From the human T2T-CHM13v2.0 reference genome, Homo sapiens, in NCBI RefSeq assembly GCF_009914755.1, contig NC_060933.1: DNA of 64,000 nucleotides; one strand, written 5' to 3'. Numbering within the stretch: the stretch's first letter is position 1; every line of letters begins with the position of its first letter. Made by a program: the position numbers and the translations under genes. A model generated the notes under the pieces. It worked only from the letters and a program-made list of their open reading frames with translations, ran no database searches and was not told where the DNA came from. Positions 29,389-42,472 of the stretch are shown here, piece after piece.

Positions 29389-32300
29389 CCTGTTTTTGAC
29401 TTGAAATCTATTTTATATGACACAAATGCAGCTACTTTTGCCTGTTGTACTTTCCATTAGAATGGAATATCTTTTTCCATCCCTTTACTTTTAGTCTGCA
29501 TGTCTTTTACAGGTGAAGTGAATTTCTTATAGGTAGCATATAGTTGGGTCATTAAAAAAAAAAAAAAAACCCGTTCCGTCAGTTTTTTCCACTCTTAAGT
29601 GAAAAATTTCATCTGTTTACATTCAAGAGTGTTATTGATATGTGAGGACTTACTTCTGTCATTTTGTTAACTGTTTTCTTGTTGTTCTATATAATTTTTG
29701 TTCCTATCTTTCTTTCTTTCTTGTTTATCATTGCAGTTTGGTGATTTTCCGTAGTGATAACATTTGAGTCCCTTCTCTTCCTCGTTTGTTTGCTTTACCA
29801 ATGAGTTTGATAGTTTTGTGTTTTTTCATGATAGTAGATAATCACCCTTTTGCTTCCAGGTGTAGAACTCCCTTAGGCACTTCTTGTAGGGCTGGTCTAG
29901 TTTTTGCTTGTCTGGGAAAGACTTTGTTTCTCCTTCATTTATGAAGGACAGCTTCGCTTGGTAGAGTAGTCTTGGCTGCCAGTTTTCTTTTCTTTCTTTC
30001 AGCCCTTTGAATGTATCATCCCATTTTTTCCTGGCCTGTAGGGTTTCTGCTGAAAAATTGGCTGTCTGATGGGGGTTCCTTTATATGTGACTTTTCTCTG
30101 GCTGTTTTTAGAATTCTCTCTTTGTCATTGACTTTTGACAGCTTGACTAGAATGTGCTGTGGAGAAAACTTGTGGAGTTACATCTATTTGAGGATCTCTG
30201 AGCTTCCTGTATCCTGTATCTGGATGTACACTTGGTACACTTGGGAAGTTTTCAACTTTTATTTCATTAAATAGGTTTTCTATAACTTTGGTCTTCTCTT
30301 CATCTTCTGGAACACCCACAGTTCAGATATTTGCTCACTTTTTTCTTCTTTTTTCATACTTCTCCTTTTCTGTTGCTTTTCTGTCTCCCTTCCCCTTCCC
30401 CTTTCTTTCTCTCTCTCTCTCTCTTTTTTTTTTCTGGCTTGTTTCAAAAGACCTGTCTTCAAGTTCTGAAATTCTTTCTTCTGCTTGATCTAGTCTACTG
30501 TTGAAGCTCTCAAGTGTATTCTTTTAAATTTCATTCCTTAAATTCTTTAGTTCCTGGATTTCTCTTTGGTTTCTTTTTTAAGCTATCTATATCTCTGGTG
30601 AATTTCTTATTCATATCCTGAATTTTTAAAATTTCACTGTATTGTTAATCTCAATACAATTAAGTAATTGTTAATGTGTTCTCTTGTATCTCACTGAGCT
30701 TCATTCATATTATTATTTTGAATTCTTTTTTCAGCATTTTATAAATTTGTTTTTCATTGGAATCTATTACTGGAAAATTACTGGTTTTTTCTGGAGGTGT
30801 CATACGTCCTTGCTTTTTCTTGTTTCTTGTGTCCTTACTTTGACATCTGTGCATCTATTTTAACAGTAACTTCTTCCATTTTTTTGGATTGGTTTTGATA
30901 GGGAGAGACTCTTTCCTAAAGATGTATCTATGGTGTTGGGTAGAGCACTTTAGCTTTGCTTCTGGGTGCATGCAGTAGTGTAGTCTCCATATGATTTCTT
31001 CTAGTGTAAAAAGCATTGGTGGTGTCTGTGATTTCCTCAGTGACTTAGGCTGTAGTTGTTAGTGGAGGCTGTGGTGAGGTTTTACTGAGGATGGGGATGC
31101 CAGGTTATCAGTCCTTATGCCCCAGTTGCGAGCCAAGTGTGTCTTTCCGTGGGCCTCCAGATGTATGTGAACACCAGCATTGGGGGTCCAAACGTGCCGA
31201 TTCTTGGACCGCCAGGAGTCCCTTGCTATAGTGCTGGCAGTGACAGTGGTAGGCTGGGTGTGTGGCTGAGTCTATGAACCCCTGGATAATGTATGTGGCA
31301 TAGGCAATGGCAGTAGCAGTGGTGACACAACACTTGGACTCTGAAACAGCATATGTTGGTGTTAGCGGTGGCTGCAACAGGCTTGGGAGGTGGTGCATGT
31401 GGGGGTGGGAGAGCCGCTGAGGTAGTAGGGGAGCTGCTGAGGTAGTAGGGGACGGCTGGGTAGACCCATCCATAGGTGCCTGGGAGGAGTCCACAGATGC
31501 CAGTGGTGGTGAATGAGGCAGGGCAATCCCCATACCCCCAGGTAGTGTGCTTGAGCATGGCAGGTGGGGGTTGTACCAGGCCAGGCAGGCCTGTCTTCAG
31601 GCCTCCTGGTGGTGTCCTCAGGTGCTGGCTGTGTTGGGCAGGGCAGGGTGCTCCCCAGACCCCTGGTGGAATGTTCTGGTGGCTGCAGCAGCAGCAATGG
31701 TTGGGGGAGCCTGTCCTTAGGGCACATGCAACTATGTAGCAGTGGCCCTGCTGTTGGCAGGTGGAGTCACTGCCAGTGGCATATGCTTTGGTTTCCCAGT
31801 GGCAGCAGCAGTGGCTGCAGTGGACAGTGGCAGAGCCTGTCCTCAGGGCATGTGCACAGCAGCTCCTCTGCTGGGGGCAGTTGAGTTGCTGCTTGTGGTA
31901 GCTCTCCCAGGTAGGCAGTTATCAGGCCTCAGGGAACATGCATTTTTGATTCCCTTTGTCCCAGGGGTAGCTTCCCTGGTCCACTGCACCACTCATTCCC
32001 CAGGGTGTAGGACACTGTGTGTGTTAGAATGCTGGGAACCCTGGTATTCTGCTGGGTCCATTTGGTATTGTGCTCCTGTAGACCTCTGGGTGTACATGGG
32101 GGTATATCAGTAGCGCTCCAGGCATGTGGAGATGCAGGGGCCATTTTGCCCCAGGGTAGAATGCAGTCTGGTGTGGGCTGGGCTTGCAAAACGGTGCCAT
32201 GCTATAGCTGCTTAGGACTCAGGGAGCACATGGGACCCAGCATGCGTTCTCCCCCTTGAGCAATGCTGTTGCGTGGTCTCTAGGCAGCTCCCTATGTTAG

Positions 32301-34517
32301 GTCTCTGGGCCCATGAAGATCCAGGGGCTGTCCCATGGCTAGGGTTGCAAGTCTGTAGTGGGAATGTGGACCACTGGGGATCTCTCACTGGGGATCTCTC
32401 CCTTTCCCCACACTAGCCTCTCTGGGCACCTAGCCAATCCTGGCTGAGCCAGTTGCCTAATTTCCCTCTCCTTCCATGCCTCAACTGTTTCCTGTCACTT
32501 CTCTGTTGAATTCTAGTGTTCTCTTGGATGCTCTATTCAAATGCCTCTAGTCAGCCATTTTGAAGCCTTCCCCTAGGTCTCTTTTTCCCAGGCTTATGTC
32601 CCTAAGCTGCCTCAGCTGACCAAGTTTCTATTAAATAATAATATATTTTCTCTTGGATGATTAGGACTCATCCAGATGGTCTTACCCCTTCAAAATAATT
32701 GCAAACAAGATTAAAACTGCATTTAGGAACTATTCTAGTTGGCTTATGCCTTTCTCTGATGACTCATACCACCAACTAGGTATAAGTTTTTAAGGGATCT
32801 CTTACTTTATCTCACTTTCTTCTGGGAACAGCTTCCAATTTCTTCCTCAATATACACTCTGTTCCCTTCTCCCAGCGATATGATTTCTGCTGCTGTATGA
32901 TCCTAGATCTTGGCCACAATTGATGGGTTCAAGATTAGATTGCTGACCTGAATCTGGCAACCCATAGTACCTTGCCTCTCAACCTTGCTTCACTGATTTA
33001 AGGGCACCTGAACCAGGAAAGGTCCATCTTAACCCTTCTCTGTTATTTTTTCAAACTCTGCAAAAGAGAGCCAGTTCCTCTTTGGTAGTAGAAGTATTAA
33101 GGTGGAGGGCTTGGCTTCACTGGTAGCATGTTTCCTGCTACAAAAGAGAAGTTAGTCTATACCGAAAGACAATGAAGTATCATATAAAGAAATGGTGTTC
33201 TGGTGGCACTTGAATTCCTGGTTTCATTTGAACATCTAGCCTAGCTACATCCCTGTACTTCTCTTGATTCAATTCTGTAACTTTCCTTGAATTACCCAAT
33301 CTATCCCAGTAGCTTCCTAAAAATCTTCCCTTTCTGCCTAAGCTAGGGTTGGGTTAAAATTTTTAAATATTTGCCCATATAACCTAACATATGATCATGT
33401 ATTACTCTATTGAATTGAAGTGTTAAGTTAGGTTTCCAGGTTCTCTAACGCAAAGGAAGCATACAATTTGGCTGAAAGCAAGCTGGTTAACATGATCATT
33501 TGGTTTGAAAATAAACATCGCCAGTGATTTTTTTTGATAATTGCTTTTTTTTTTTCGTGTACCCTAAGCAGTTTTGCAATCTTTTCATGTCTTTTTCTTT
33601 AGATTTTTCATTTTTGCTTTTCAAATTTGCCTTTTAAAACTTTAAATATTTGCTTTTAGAATTTAAAGTCAGTTGTTTTTCCTCTGGACTGCTTATAGTA
33701 GAAAAAAGCTGGAGTAATCTCAGTATATAATAATAAGGATTATAAAGAACAAACTATATATCTCAAACAGGGCATTAGTTGGAAACACAAATGTCTACTA
33801 TGTTGAAAACTTAGTAGACATAAATGACCAACAAGACTATTTTATAGTTCATTGCTCAAATTTCTCTTTTCTGAGGAAAAAAAATCTAACTTAGGAAATA
33901 TCAGAAACCATAAACAAAAAATTTCTGGCCTGGACACTCTCATTGTGATACCAACACCAAAACTCCAGTCCTCTTGGCATAAACAGAGCTGCTGGCTCCA
34001 GCAGCCCCTTGGCTCAGGGGTCAGGATGGTAAAATTCTCCCTTCCCCTACCTCCCAAGAGCTGATGCTTTATCAAGGACAGTTTAGAAAGTGGGTCATTG
34101 GGAAGACTCCTCTCCCCTTAGCTGACAGGCATGAGAGCACTGGTGTCTGGAGGGTGACACCTTCTCAGGCTATTGGGGACAGAGTTCGAGAGGGTTAAGG
34201 TTAGGAATGGAGTAAGGGGTTCAAAGGAAGTGATAGAATATAAGTGGTTTTTGATAGAAGTAGAGGAGGGCTGCAACTGTCCCTCTGTGTGAATTCAGAC
34301 AGGTCCCTTCCTCTTTCTGGGCTTGTCTTCCCATCTGTGCAATACCAAATTAGGTTAGGTGGCCTCTGGGGTCCCAGTCAGATTTGACTGGCTTTGATTC
34401 TGGGAGGTGGAAATGCAAAGGAAGGAGATCACAGGATGATTAGTGACCCTGGCAAAGGTGGACAGAGAAGGGCTGATTGTTATGATTAAAGATGGAGTGA
34501 GCAGAGTGGAGCAGTGA

Positions 34518-34850
<333 letters not shown>

Positions 34851-36119
34851 TAGCTGTAAGCCTCAGACTTTCAATCTCTAAAAATGCCTATAATTACCTG
34901 AAAGGATGCTGTGAAGAGCAAACGAGACAATCTCTAATGAGCTCTGCAAAAGCTCTAAAGGCTGTCCAAATACGTGTTCAGTAGACATTTGTCATTGGAT
35001 CAAAGAACTGCACTACTACTCCCCCTTAGCTGAGTGGGTCTCTTTATGGACATGATACTCCCTCTTCTATTGGCCCATCGTGTTTTTATGTGTGTATGTA
35101 TGAAGGACAAATGATATTTACGCATATCAAAGAGGAGGAGACTGAGAAATTCTGGTATGCGCAAAGTCCCGGATGGCTCAGGTAACTAAGGGCCAAATGC
35201 TGGCTCAGTTACTTTTCAATTGTGTGCCTTCAGGCAAGTCTTTCACCTCTCTGAGCTTGTGTGTAAGATGGGGGATAATCATACTCACCTCGGAAGACTG
35301 ATGGGAAGAGGCAAATGGACAGTAAACAGCAAAGTCTTTCTAAACCCAAAGACCTGTACAACTACAACTGCAGTGCTGCAGAGGGAGTTGTACTGAAAAA
35401 ACATTACACAAAGAATTTGGTTAGGGTGAGGGCAGACTGAAGAATAGTAAAGTGGTTGGACTTTGGAATCAGAGGGCCTTGAGATTCTGTCCATTCTTCA
35501 AGGCCATGGGACGCAGGCAACTTGCTTAACTACATTCATCTAAAAGGGAAGAATACCTACATCTCAGTGAATTGTTGAGGATTAAGCATCTGCTATGTAT
35601 GTATCTCCTTTCCTGCCCTGCACAAAGTAATTACCAGAATTACTATGGATAAGGCCCCAACAATTCACCTTCAATGTTTCATGCTTCTACTTTCCCTAAC
35701 TTCAGCTTAGTTTTGGAAGGTGTGAACACTTCTTAAGGGCAAAGTTCCATTCTAGGGTCCAGGAACCAGGAACTAATGGTCAGAAGCTGGAAGCTCATGG
35801 CAGGCAGGACTCCATCCCTCCCAGACCTGTGAAATCTTATTGTCACTCACTCCGGCTTAGGACAATGAAGTGAAGCTAAAATCAGGGTCCATGAACCCAT
35901 GTAGTCCATTTGAAAGGATTTGCATAAAAATGGTCAAATATGCAAATGTTTAGTGCTGCTTAGTAAGGTAAGCACCATGTTGTAGGTCACAGTGTGGCCA
36001 AGTCTATCTGTGCTAAACTCCATGGTAAGAGCCACCAGGCTTCCTGGAAAGGCTGCATTTCTCAGAAACACATGAACCAAATCATACCTTCTGTACTACA
36101 TGGTAAGCTTTCACAATGC

Positions 36120-37637
36120 CAAAGAAAATGGAATGCAACAGAACTTTTAATCCCATAAAAGACTCAATATATTTGGCACCCTCATTTTATAGTACTCCTT
36201 TTTGGTACAGAATCATTTTGCCAAAATACTCCTGTGATACAGATGCACATGATAAACTGTAAAATGGAATTTCACCCATTGAAGAGCCCCAAAAGAACAA
36301 TATGGTAGTGCAGCATGAACTAACATGCAATTTCTAATTTTCAATATCCCCAAATTGCAAAATACTAATAGCTAATATATATACTATATGCCAAGTATTA
36401 AGTACTTTGTAATATTATCATAATCTGTTATAACCGCACTATGAGGAAAGTAGAATAGTACAATTATCTCACTTTGCAGATGAAGAAGCTGAGGTATAGA
36501 GATCAATTTACACAAAATCATATAGGCTGTTAGGCTCTCAAGTCTAGCTCTTAAGAGTTGATAAATGTGGAGCCTTTGGCTAGTAAGCTTTGCTACTTCT
36601 GGAAATGAATTTAGCCTTAGAAGTATGTTGAAAACTACTGTTTATGATTTGCTGTTAGACCAACAGGTAAACAGTGAACTATAAGTCAGTGTCACGAAAA
36701 TATCAGTGTCATGAAAAGGCTAGAGTACATGGAGGGGGAAGATAACTTCTGGCTTGGGAGGTGGCCAGAGGGTCAAAGAAAGCTTTGCAGCAGTGGCATT
36801 TGAGCCAGGCCTTGGAAGATAAAAAACATTTGTGTCCTATACTTAGTAGGAGCTTGGTCAAGACAACACAAATATTAACAAAACTAATGACCTAGATGAC
36901 ATTAAGAAATATACCCTAAACAAGATGCACAACACATGTGTGACAATATTCTTGCTTCATTTCAATATCCACTTTACCCTAGTGTTCTGATTTCCAGTTT
37001 GGTTGTCATATCCATGTTCGTAACAATACCAAAATAGATTATGGAGACCAAAATCTAATACTGTTTCTTTTTTATGATAAACACCTTTTATTATATCTCA
37101 GTGTGCAAAAATACAAATTATCTTAAAAAAAATACAGAGCACTCTCGCTATGGATCCAGGCAAAGACAGGACAAACAAAAATTCCCTAACAGATGACAGT
37201 GAACACTTCGGTGGATTGAATCTGGGAACTACAATAGCCCTGCTCTCATTATACTATGAAGCCAAATTAATCAACTTTGATAATGATACACACTTAAACT
37301 ATGAAAACCAATTAAGGCACAGTATCATTCAAAATTTATAGACAGAAGAGCAATAATCCCGAGAAAATATAATTAAAATACTCTGCTGAACATGGAATGA
37401 CACCACATTTGTAACTTAACACTGGCAAAATTTGGAATGATTATAGCATAAAAGACATGGTTTTTCTGAAAAGTGGACAGGGAGGTGTGGTATATAGGAA
37501 AGTGGCTCACATTCAAGACTCAAGTTTATTTTTTAAAAGATCTCTTCTGCATTAGATTCTAGGTTTCTTTTTTGGTTTCAAAACTGGGTCTACAATCCAT
37601 AAAAATGACATTAATGGAGATCTTAAAAACAATCTGA
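36120..37637 (-). other. ALG2: ALG2 3' UTR (long form; end approximate)
   Basis: Lies downstream of the stop codon. Candidate poly(A) signals on - strand: AATAAA 37525-37530, AATAAA 37087-37092, ATTAAA 36146-36151. Confidence 0.65.
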
Positions 37638-38540
37638 TTATACCAGCAGTTTGGTAACATATCGGTAGAGCTGTTCTGTAAATGCTTCAGGGGAAAATTT
37701 TTCCTTCACTCTGGCTCTTCCAGCCAGGCCCATGGTGGCTTTTAAGGAAGGTTCACGGATGAACTTTTCTATTGCTTCTGAGAAGTGCACCGGGTCAGGC
37801 TCACACAGAAACCCTGTGACACTGTGGTCAATGGACTCCAAGGGTCCACCCGAATTAACAGCAATGACTGGGCACTGCATGTACATGGCTTCCAGAGGGA
37901 CAATGCCAAAGTGCTCATTGCTTGGTGTGTAAAGCACACACGTGCAGCTGTGGAGGAGGGAGATTTTCTGTTTGTCTGAGAAAGACCTCAAGAAGGTCAC
38001 ATACTGGCCAAGGTCGGACTGTTGGACCATTTTCTTCAATTCCTGATAATGTTCCACATTCTCCAGGACTCTCTCGTCATAACCACCTGCCACGATCAGA
38101 TGAACCCTCTCCCAATCTTGGGATGTCAATCTTCCACGCAGCTGTACTAGGGCTTCCAGTGCCAAAGTCAGATTTTTCTTCCTTTCGTATCTGTTGATGG
38201 AGAGCAGCAGGAATTTTTTCCCCTTGGGGACTAGGTCATCCAGCTTTTCAGGAACAACTGAGTCAAAGCTGGTGACATTTAGAGATGGATAGAGGACATC
38301 AGGGTCTATGTGAGACAGGGACTTGAATGTTTCCTTAAAAACAGCAGCTGTGAACTGGCTGTTGACTAAGATGCAGTCTGCCATGCCTGTGGTGTATTCC
38401 TCTATCCAGTCAATTGGGGCCCTGTATAGTCGTTTAAGAAAAGAATCTCTCTTGGTGAGAAGCAGATCTGGGAAGTGACAGTAAAATAGGATCTTCTTCC
38501 GCCGTCTAGCCAGCCTGAACACTGGGATACAGGCAGACAC
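37638..38540 (-). CDS. ALG2: ALG2 terminal coding exon (aa 117-416)
   Basis: Acceptor ttttgctttggctag|GTG at 38540. 300 codons plus TAA, with [16 protein letters not shown] and the GT4 EX7E motif EHFGIVPLE. Spliced total is 416 aa. Confidence 0.98.
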
Positions 38541-38779
38541 CTAGCCAAAGCAAAAATCAACAGCGGATAAAGTGGTCAACTCAACTTCAACCAAACCAAA
38601 AACACAGACACCCACCCCGTCTGGCTAGTCTGTGGGCTCCTCATGGGCAATGTCTGATTCTGTTTTATTCCCCAAGACTCTCACCCAGTACCATATGCCT
38701 GGTGTACAGAAGGCTACAGACGTTTGCTAGATGTGTGCTAAACATTTAAAGCTTCAAGTCCAGTGATTTCCTCTTGTAT

Positions 38780-39050
38780 AGTGCTGTCTAATAGAAATCT
38801 AGTAATATTAAAAATGTTTTTAAGGGTGAAATTAATTTTAACATATTATTTACCGAAAACATTATCATTTCAAAATGTAACCAATACTAAACAGTATTAA
38901 TGAGATACTTTATATATACATATATTTCACATTACATCTTCAAAATCGGTTTGTATTTTAACTTTAGCACATCTCAGTTTAGACTAGCCACATTTCAAGT
39001 GCTCAACAGCCACATGTGGCTAGTGGCTACCATACTGAACAGTGCCGCTC
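38780..39050. mobile_element. MER33/MER3-like hAT element in the ALG2 intron
   Basis: gtgctgtctaatagaa...gactagccacatttcaagtgctcaacagccacatgtggctagtggctacc..gaacagtgc. Confidence 0.78.
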
Positions 39051-40094
39051 TAGGATCTTTCTCCTTCTAAGGAACTGAATGAATGAACTATAGTAGTTTA
39101 GAGCACAAGCTCTAGATTCAAGACTGCCAGGGTTTGAATCTCAGCTCTACTAACTGGCCACGATCAAGTAATTTATCCCACTCTGGGCCTTAGTTTCCTC
39201 TTCTGTAACATGGTGACAAATTATAGTTCAAAAAACCCATATACTTTTTGTGATTATTAAATGCACTGATATATGCAAAACACATGGAGTTTAGCACACA
39301 GTATGTGCTCAATAAATATTAAAGCTAGTCATCATTGAGCATGAACTACATGCTGGCATTACTACAGACTTTCTTGTTGGGTAATCTTTACAAGTCATTT
39401 TAGTCTCAGCTAACTTAAAACCTGAAGAAGGTAACTTTAGGGATAATGTGCAATTTATTCAAAGCCACTTAATTAAAGCAGTAGATACGGAACTTGAATC
39501 CAAGATGCCTATTTCCAAGCCAATAATTTTTCCTCTACCCACTATAGTCTCAGCTGCCTCATGTCTACTGACACATGCAGGATGTTTGGTAAATGTCCAC
39601 GTTACTTAAAAAGAAAGCTTCCATGCAAGCAAGGATGATCAAAAGTAACTCAGGAGTCATAATTAAAGAAACACAAATACAAATGTGATGCCATCTGCAC
39701 CTATCAGTTTGGCAAAGTTTAAAATGGTTAATATCCAAGGCGGACAAAAGCATGGAGTAAGAGGCTCTATCATACATTGTGGGGGAGTAAAGTGACACAG
39801 CCTCCTTGGTAGGCAAACTTGGCAGTAGCTATTGATATTTAAAATGAACAACTCTTAGACCCACCAACTTTAGGAATTTCCTCAAACGACATATTTGCAG
39901 AAGTACAAAAATATTTTAAAAAAAAGAAGTAAAAGGATGTTCATTACAACACTGATCTATTCACAAAAAACTAGTCACAACATTAGTGTCCTTTAAGGAG
40001 AATGTTTAATTATGACACACTTAAACAAAAGTGGATTTTCTGGCCACTATGAAGAATGAAGTGAATCTCTAATATTGATACATAAGAATGTCCC

Positions 40095-40366
40095 GGCTGG
40101 GCGCAGTGGCTCATGCCTGTAATCCCAGCACTTTGGGAGGCCGAGGTGGGCGGATCGCGAGGTCAGGAGTTCGAGACCAGCCTGGCCAACATGGTGAAAC
40201 CCCATCTCTACTAAAAATAGAAAAAATTAGCCGGGCGTGGGGCGCGCACCTGTACTCCCAGCTACTCTGGAGGCGGAGGTTGCAGTGAGCCGAGATCGCG
40301 CCACTGCACTCCAGCCTGGGAGACAGAGCAAGACTCCGTTTCAAAATAAATAAATAAATAAATAAA
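40095..40366 (+). mobile_element. Alu (AluSg-like) with right-arm internal deletion, in the ALG2 intron
   Basis: GGATCGCGAGGTCAGGAGTTCGAG; junction GCTACTCTGGAGGCGGAGGTTG; (TAAA)n tail. Confidence 0.92.
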
Positions 40367-40639
40367 TTTTTGCTGAAAAAGATGCCTAATAGTAGGTATG
40401 TCATAATACCAATTATGTACCAATAAGAAGATATAGATATACCTATGAAAAGACACAGGCTGGTGTCACCACAACTTCTGAAAAAATACAAGAGAAACTT
40501 AACGGTGGCTATCTTCAGGGAGTAGAATAGGACGGGGCTTTTAGGTTACATCCTTCTATACTACTAAATTTTTAATCGAGTAAATGTTACTTTTTAAAGT
40601 CATCTTTTTTAGGATGGGGAAAAATGCACGAAGGAAAGA

Positions 40640-40800
40640 GTCAAGAATAGCTACAGGGCAGATCCAGGTGGACATTATTTACCAAGGTAAAAAGCTTGAA
40701 CTTTTCTCCAAAAACCAATGGGGAGCCATGTACAAGTTTTAATAGGGGCATGATATATTCAGCTTGGCGTTTTTAACACATGACACTGCTGAGGACGGTG
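40640..40800 (-). mobile_element. L2 fragment overlapping the alternative ALG2 exon
   Basis: gcttgaacttttctcc..caatggggagccatg..gttttaataggggcatgatatattcag resembles the L2 3' ORF2 region. Confidence 0.6.
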
Positions 40801-40841
40801 TGGCCTGGCTCCGAACACAAGGACAGTGGGATGCAAATGGC
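40683..40841 (-). other. ALG2: Alternative ALG2 cassette exon in intron 1 (L2-derived), with in-frame stop followed by ATG
   Basis: Acceptor ttgttgactctcctttcag|GCC at 40841 and donor TTG|gtaaat at 40683; 159 nt. TAA at 40773-40775. ATG at 40751 gives MPLLKLVHGSPLVFGEKFKLFTL in frame with the last exon. Confidence 0.7.
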
Positions 40842-40932
40842 CTGAAAGGAGAGTCAACAAAAATAACAGGTAAGCGGGAAGACAACACGCGAGTTACTCA
40901 TTAGTAAAAGGTGACTGAAGCTGACTTCTAAT

Positions 40933-41107
40933 ACCAGCGTTTCTCAGAGCCCCAAAGACTATCTACCTCGGAATCACCCTATGACCCAGTTAAAATGCAG
41001 ATGTCTGGGCCCCACCTCAGGGCACCTGGATGAAAACTTCCTGGAGGATGGAACCCCAGCAATCTGCAACTTTAAATGGGCCCACACTAAAGTTAGAGAA
41101 CCACAGG
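40933..41107. mobile_element. MER5A-like hAT element
   Basis: cagcgtttctca..gaatcacc..ttaaaatgcagat..tgggccccac..aatctgca..aaagttagagaaccac. Confidence 0.72.
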
Positions 41108-41250
41108 CTCGCTCACAACCCTGACTTCTCCATGTCAGTTCCGATCTTTGCGAACCGCAGACAGGGAAGGTCTTCTCTCAGGGGTCATGCCCGCGGCCGC
41201 CCTCCACGGCGAGGTCCGCACTCGCGCAGCCGGCCCCGCGGCCGCCTCAC

Positions 41251-41598
41251 CTGGTCGCACACTACCACGTCGAACTCCTCGTCGGCGAGGAACAGCACGT
41301 AGAGCGCCAGGAAAACCATGCGCACGTAGGCGCAGACGGCGGCGCCGCGGCCGCCCCAGCCCAGGCCTCGCGGCAGCCAGTCCCCGGCACAGCGCACCGG
41401 TAGCTCGCGGCTCTCGGCGAAACAGTGGCCCGGGTCGTAGTGCGCTGTCCAGATCTTCACGCTACACCCGCGCGCCTGCAGCGCCAGCGCCGCGTCCAAC
41501 ACCAGCCGCTCAGCGCCGCCCACGCCCAGGTCTGGGTGGAGGAACAGCACCGACGGCTTGGGAACCGAGTCCCGTTCCCGGCCCTGCTCCTCCGCCAT
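41251..41598 (-). CDS. ALG2: ALG2 coding exon 1 (aa 1-116), alpha-1,3/1,6-mannosyltransferase
   Basis: ATG at 41598 in a gccATGG Kozak context. Translates MAEEQGRERDSVPKPSVLFLHPDLGVGGAERLV...VVCDQ. Donor CAG|gtgagg at 41251/41250; 348 nt, phase 0. Confidence 0.98.
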
Positions 41599-42067
41599 GG
41601 CCCTGGAGCCGCAACTGCACCCCGCACCCTGATGGGGGTCTTCTGCGCAAGCTCCGCGCTCGTAGCTCCCAGCTGGCCACTGCGGGCCGACCCCGCCCTG
41701 CCGTACGTGCGTCAGTTAGGCCACATCAGCGCAAATCTGTGAGGGTCTAGTAACTGCCTGAGAAAATATCTTGTCTGACCCCGGTTATATTTTTCCTTCG
41801 GTAGGGATTGGACTTTCTGAAGGACGTTGTGATCCAAAGGAAGGAGGCCGGAGGTCTCTACTTCCCATACAGCAGGTAACTAAGTTGTCTGTAGCAGACT
41901 GTCTACAGGCATATCGTGAGACGACCCAGGCGTCCCTGGGGTCAGAGAGGACCTTGCCTGCAAGTCCGGGGGCGGGGCCTGAGTCAGTCTCGCCAGCTGC
42001 CGGTCTTTCGGGGGCTCCGTAACTTTCTATCCGTCCGCGTCAGCGCCTTGCCACCCTCATCTCCAAT
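41599..42067. promoter_or_regulatory. Bidirectional ALG2/SEC61B promoter and 5' UTRs
   Basis: 469 bp between divergent ATGs. GC box GGGGCGGGGC 41969-41978, AP-1 TGAGTCA 41980-41986, TACGTG/TGCGTCA 41704-41714. No obvious TATA box. Confidence 0.9.
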
Positions 42068-42070
42068 ATG
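42068..42070 (+). CDS. SEC61B: SEC61B coding exon 1 (start codon only)
   Basis: ccaatATG|gtatgg: the ATG is followed directly by the GT donor and joins in frame to the exon starting at 42250. Confidence 0.93.
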
Positions 42071-42150
42071 GTATGGCGGCCCTTCCATGATCCCCGCCTC
42101 TCCCAGAAGCCCTGACTCCTCCTGCTTTGCGCCGTGCTTTTCCTCTGTAG

Positions 42151-42348
<198 letters not shown>

Positions 42349-42464
42349 TAAGGAACCCTGCAGTTCGTTCGCTTCCAGACTCGGAGATAGGACCCAGAAC
42401 CTCGCTGATTCTGGGGTGGAGACCCTAGCATGTGAAGATTGACAAAGGCAAAATGAGCTTCTAG

Positions 42465-42472
42465 TGACGTGG
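42465..42472 (+). promoter_or_regulatory. UPRE motif TGACGTGG in SEC61B intron 2
   Basis: Exact match to the UPRE consensus TGACGTGG/A, in context agTGACGTGGc, about 400 bp from the SEC61B ATG. Confidence 0.55.

Noticed and set aside
31108-32259. Cluster of overlapping 80-140 aa ORFs
   Set aside because: They fall in the GC-richer, repetitive 5' UTR of the old L1.
38538-38540. Apparent start (MSACIP...) of a 300-aa protein
   Set aside because: It is a GTG (Val) codon right after a splice acceptor, not an initiation site.
41185-41250. Extension of the ALG2 exon-1 ORF (VRRPRGRL...)
   Set aside because: Read-through past the GT donor at 41250 into the intron.
41148-41750. 200-aa Arg/Pro/Ala-rich ORF on the + strand
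   Set aside because: Antisense shadow of GC-rich ALG2 exon 1; stop codons are rare in CpG islands and there is no recognisable domain.
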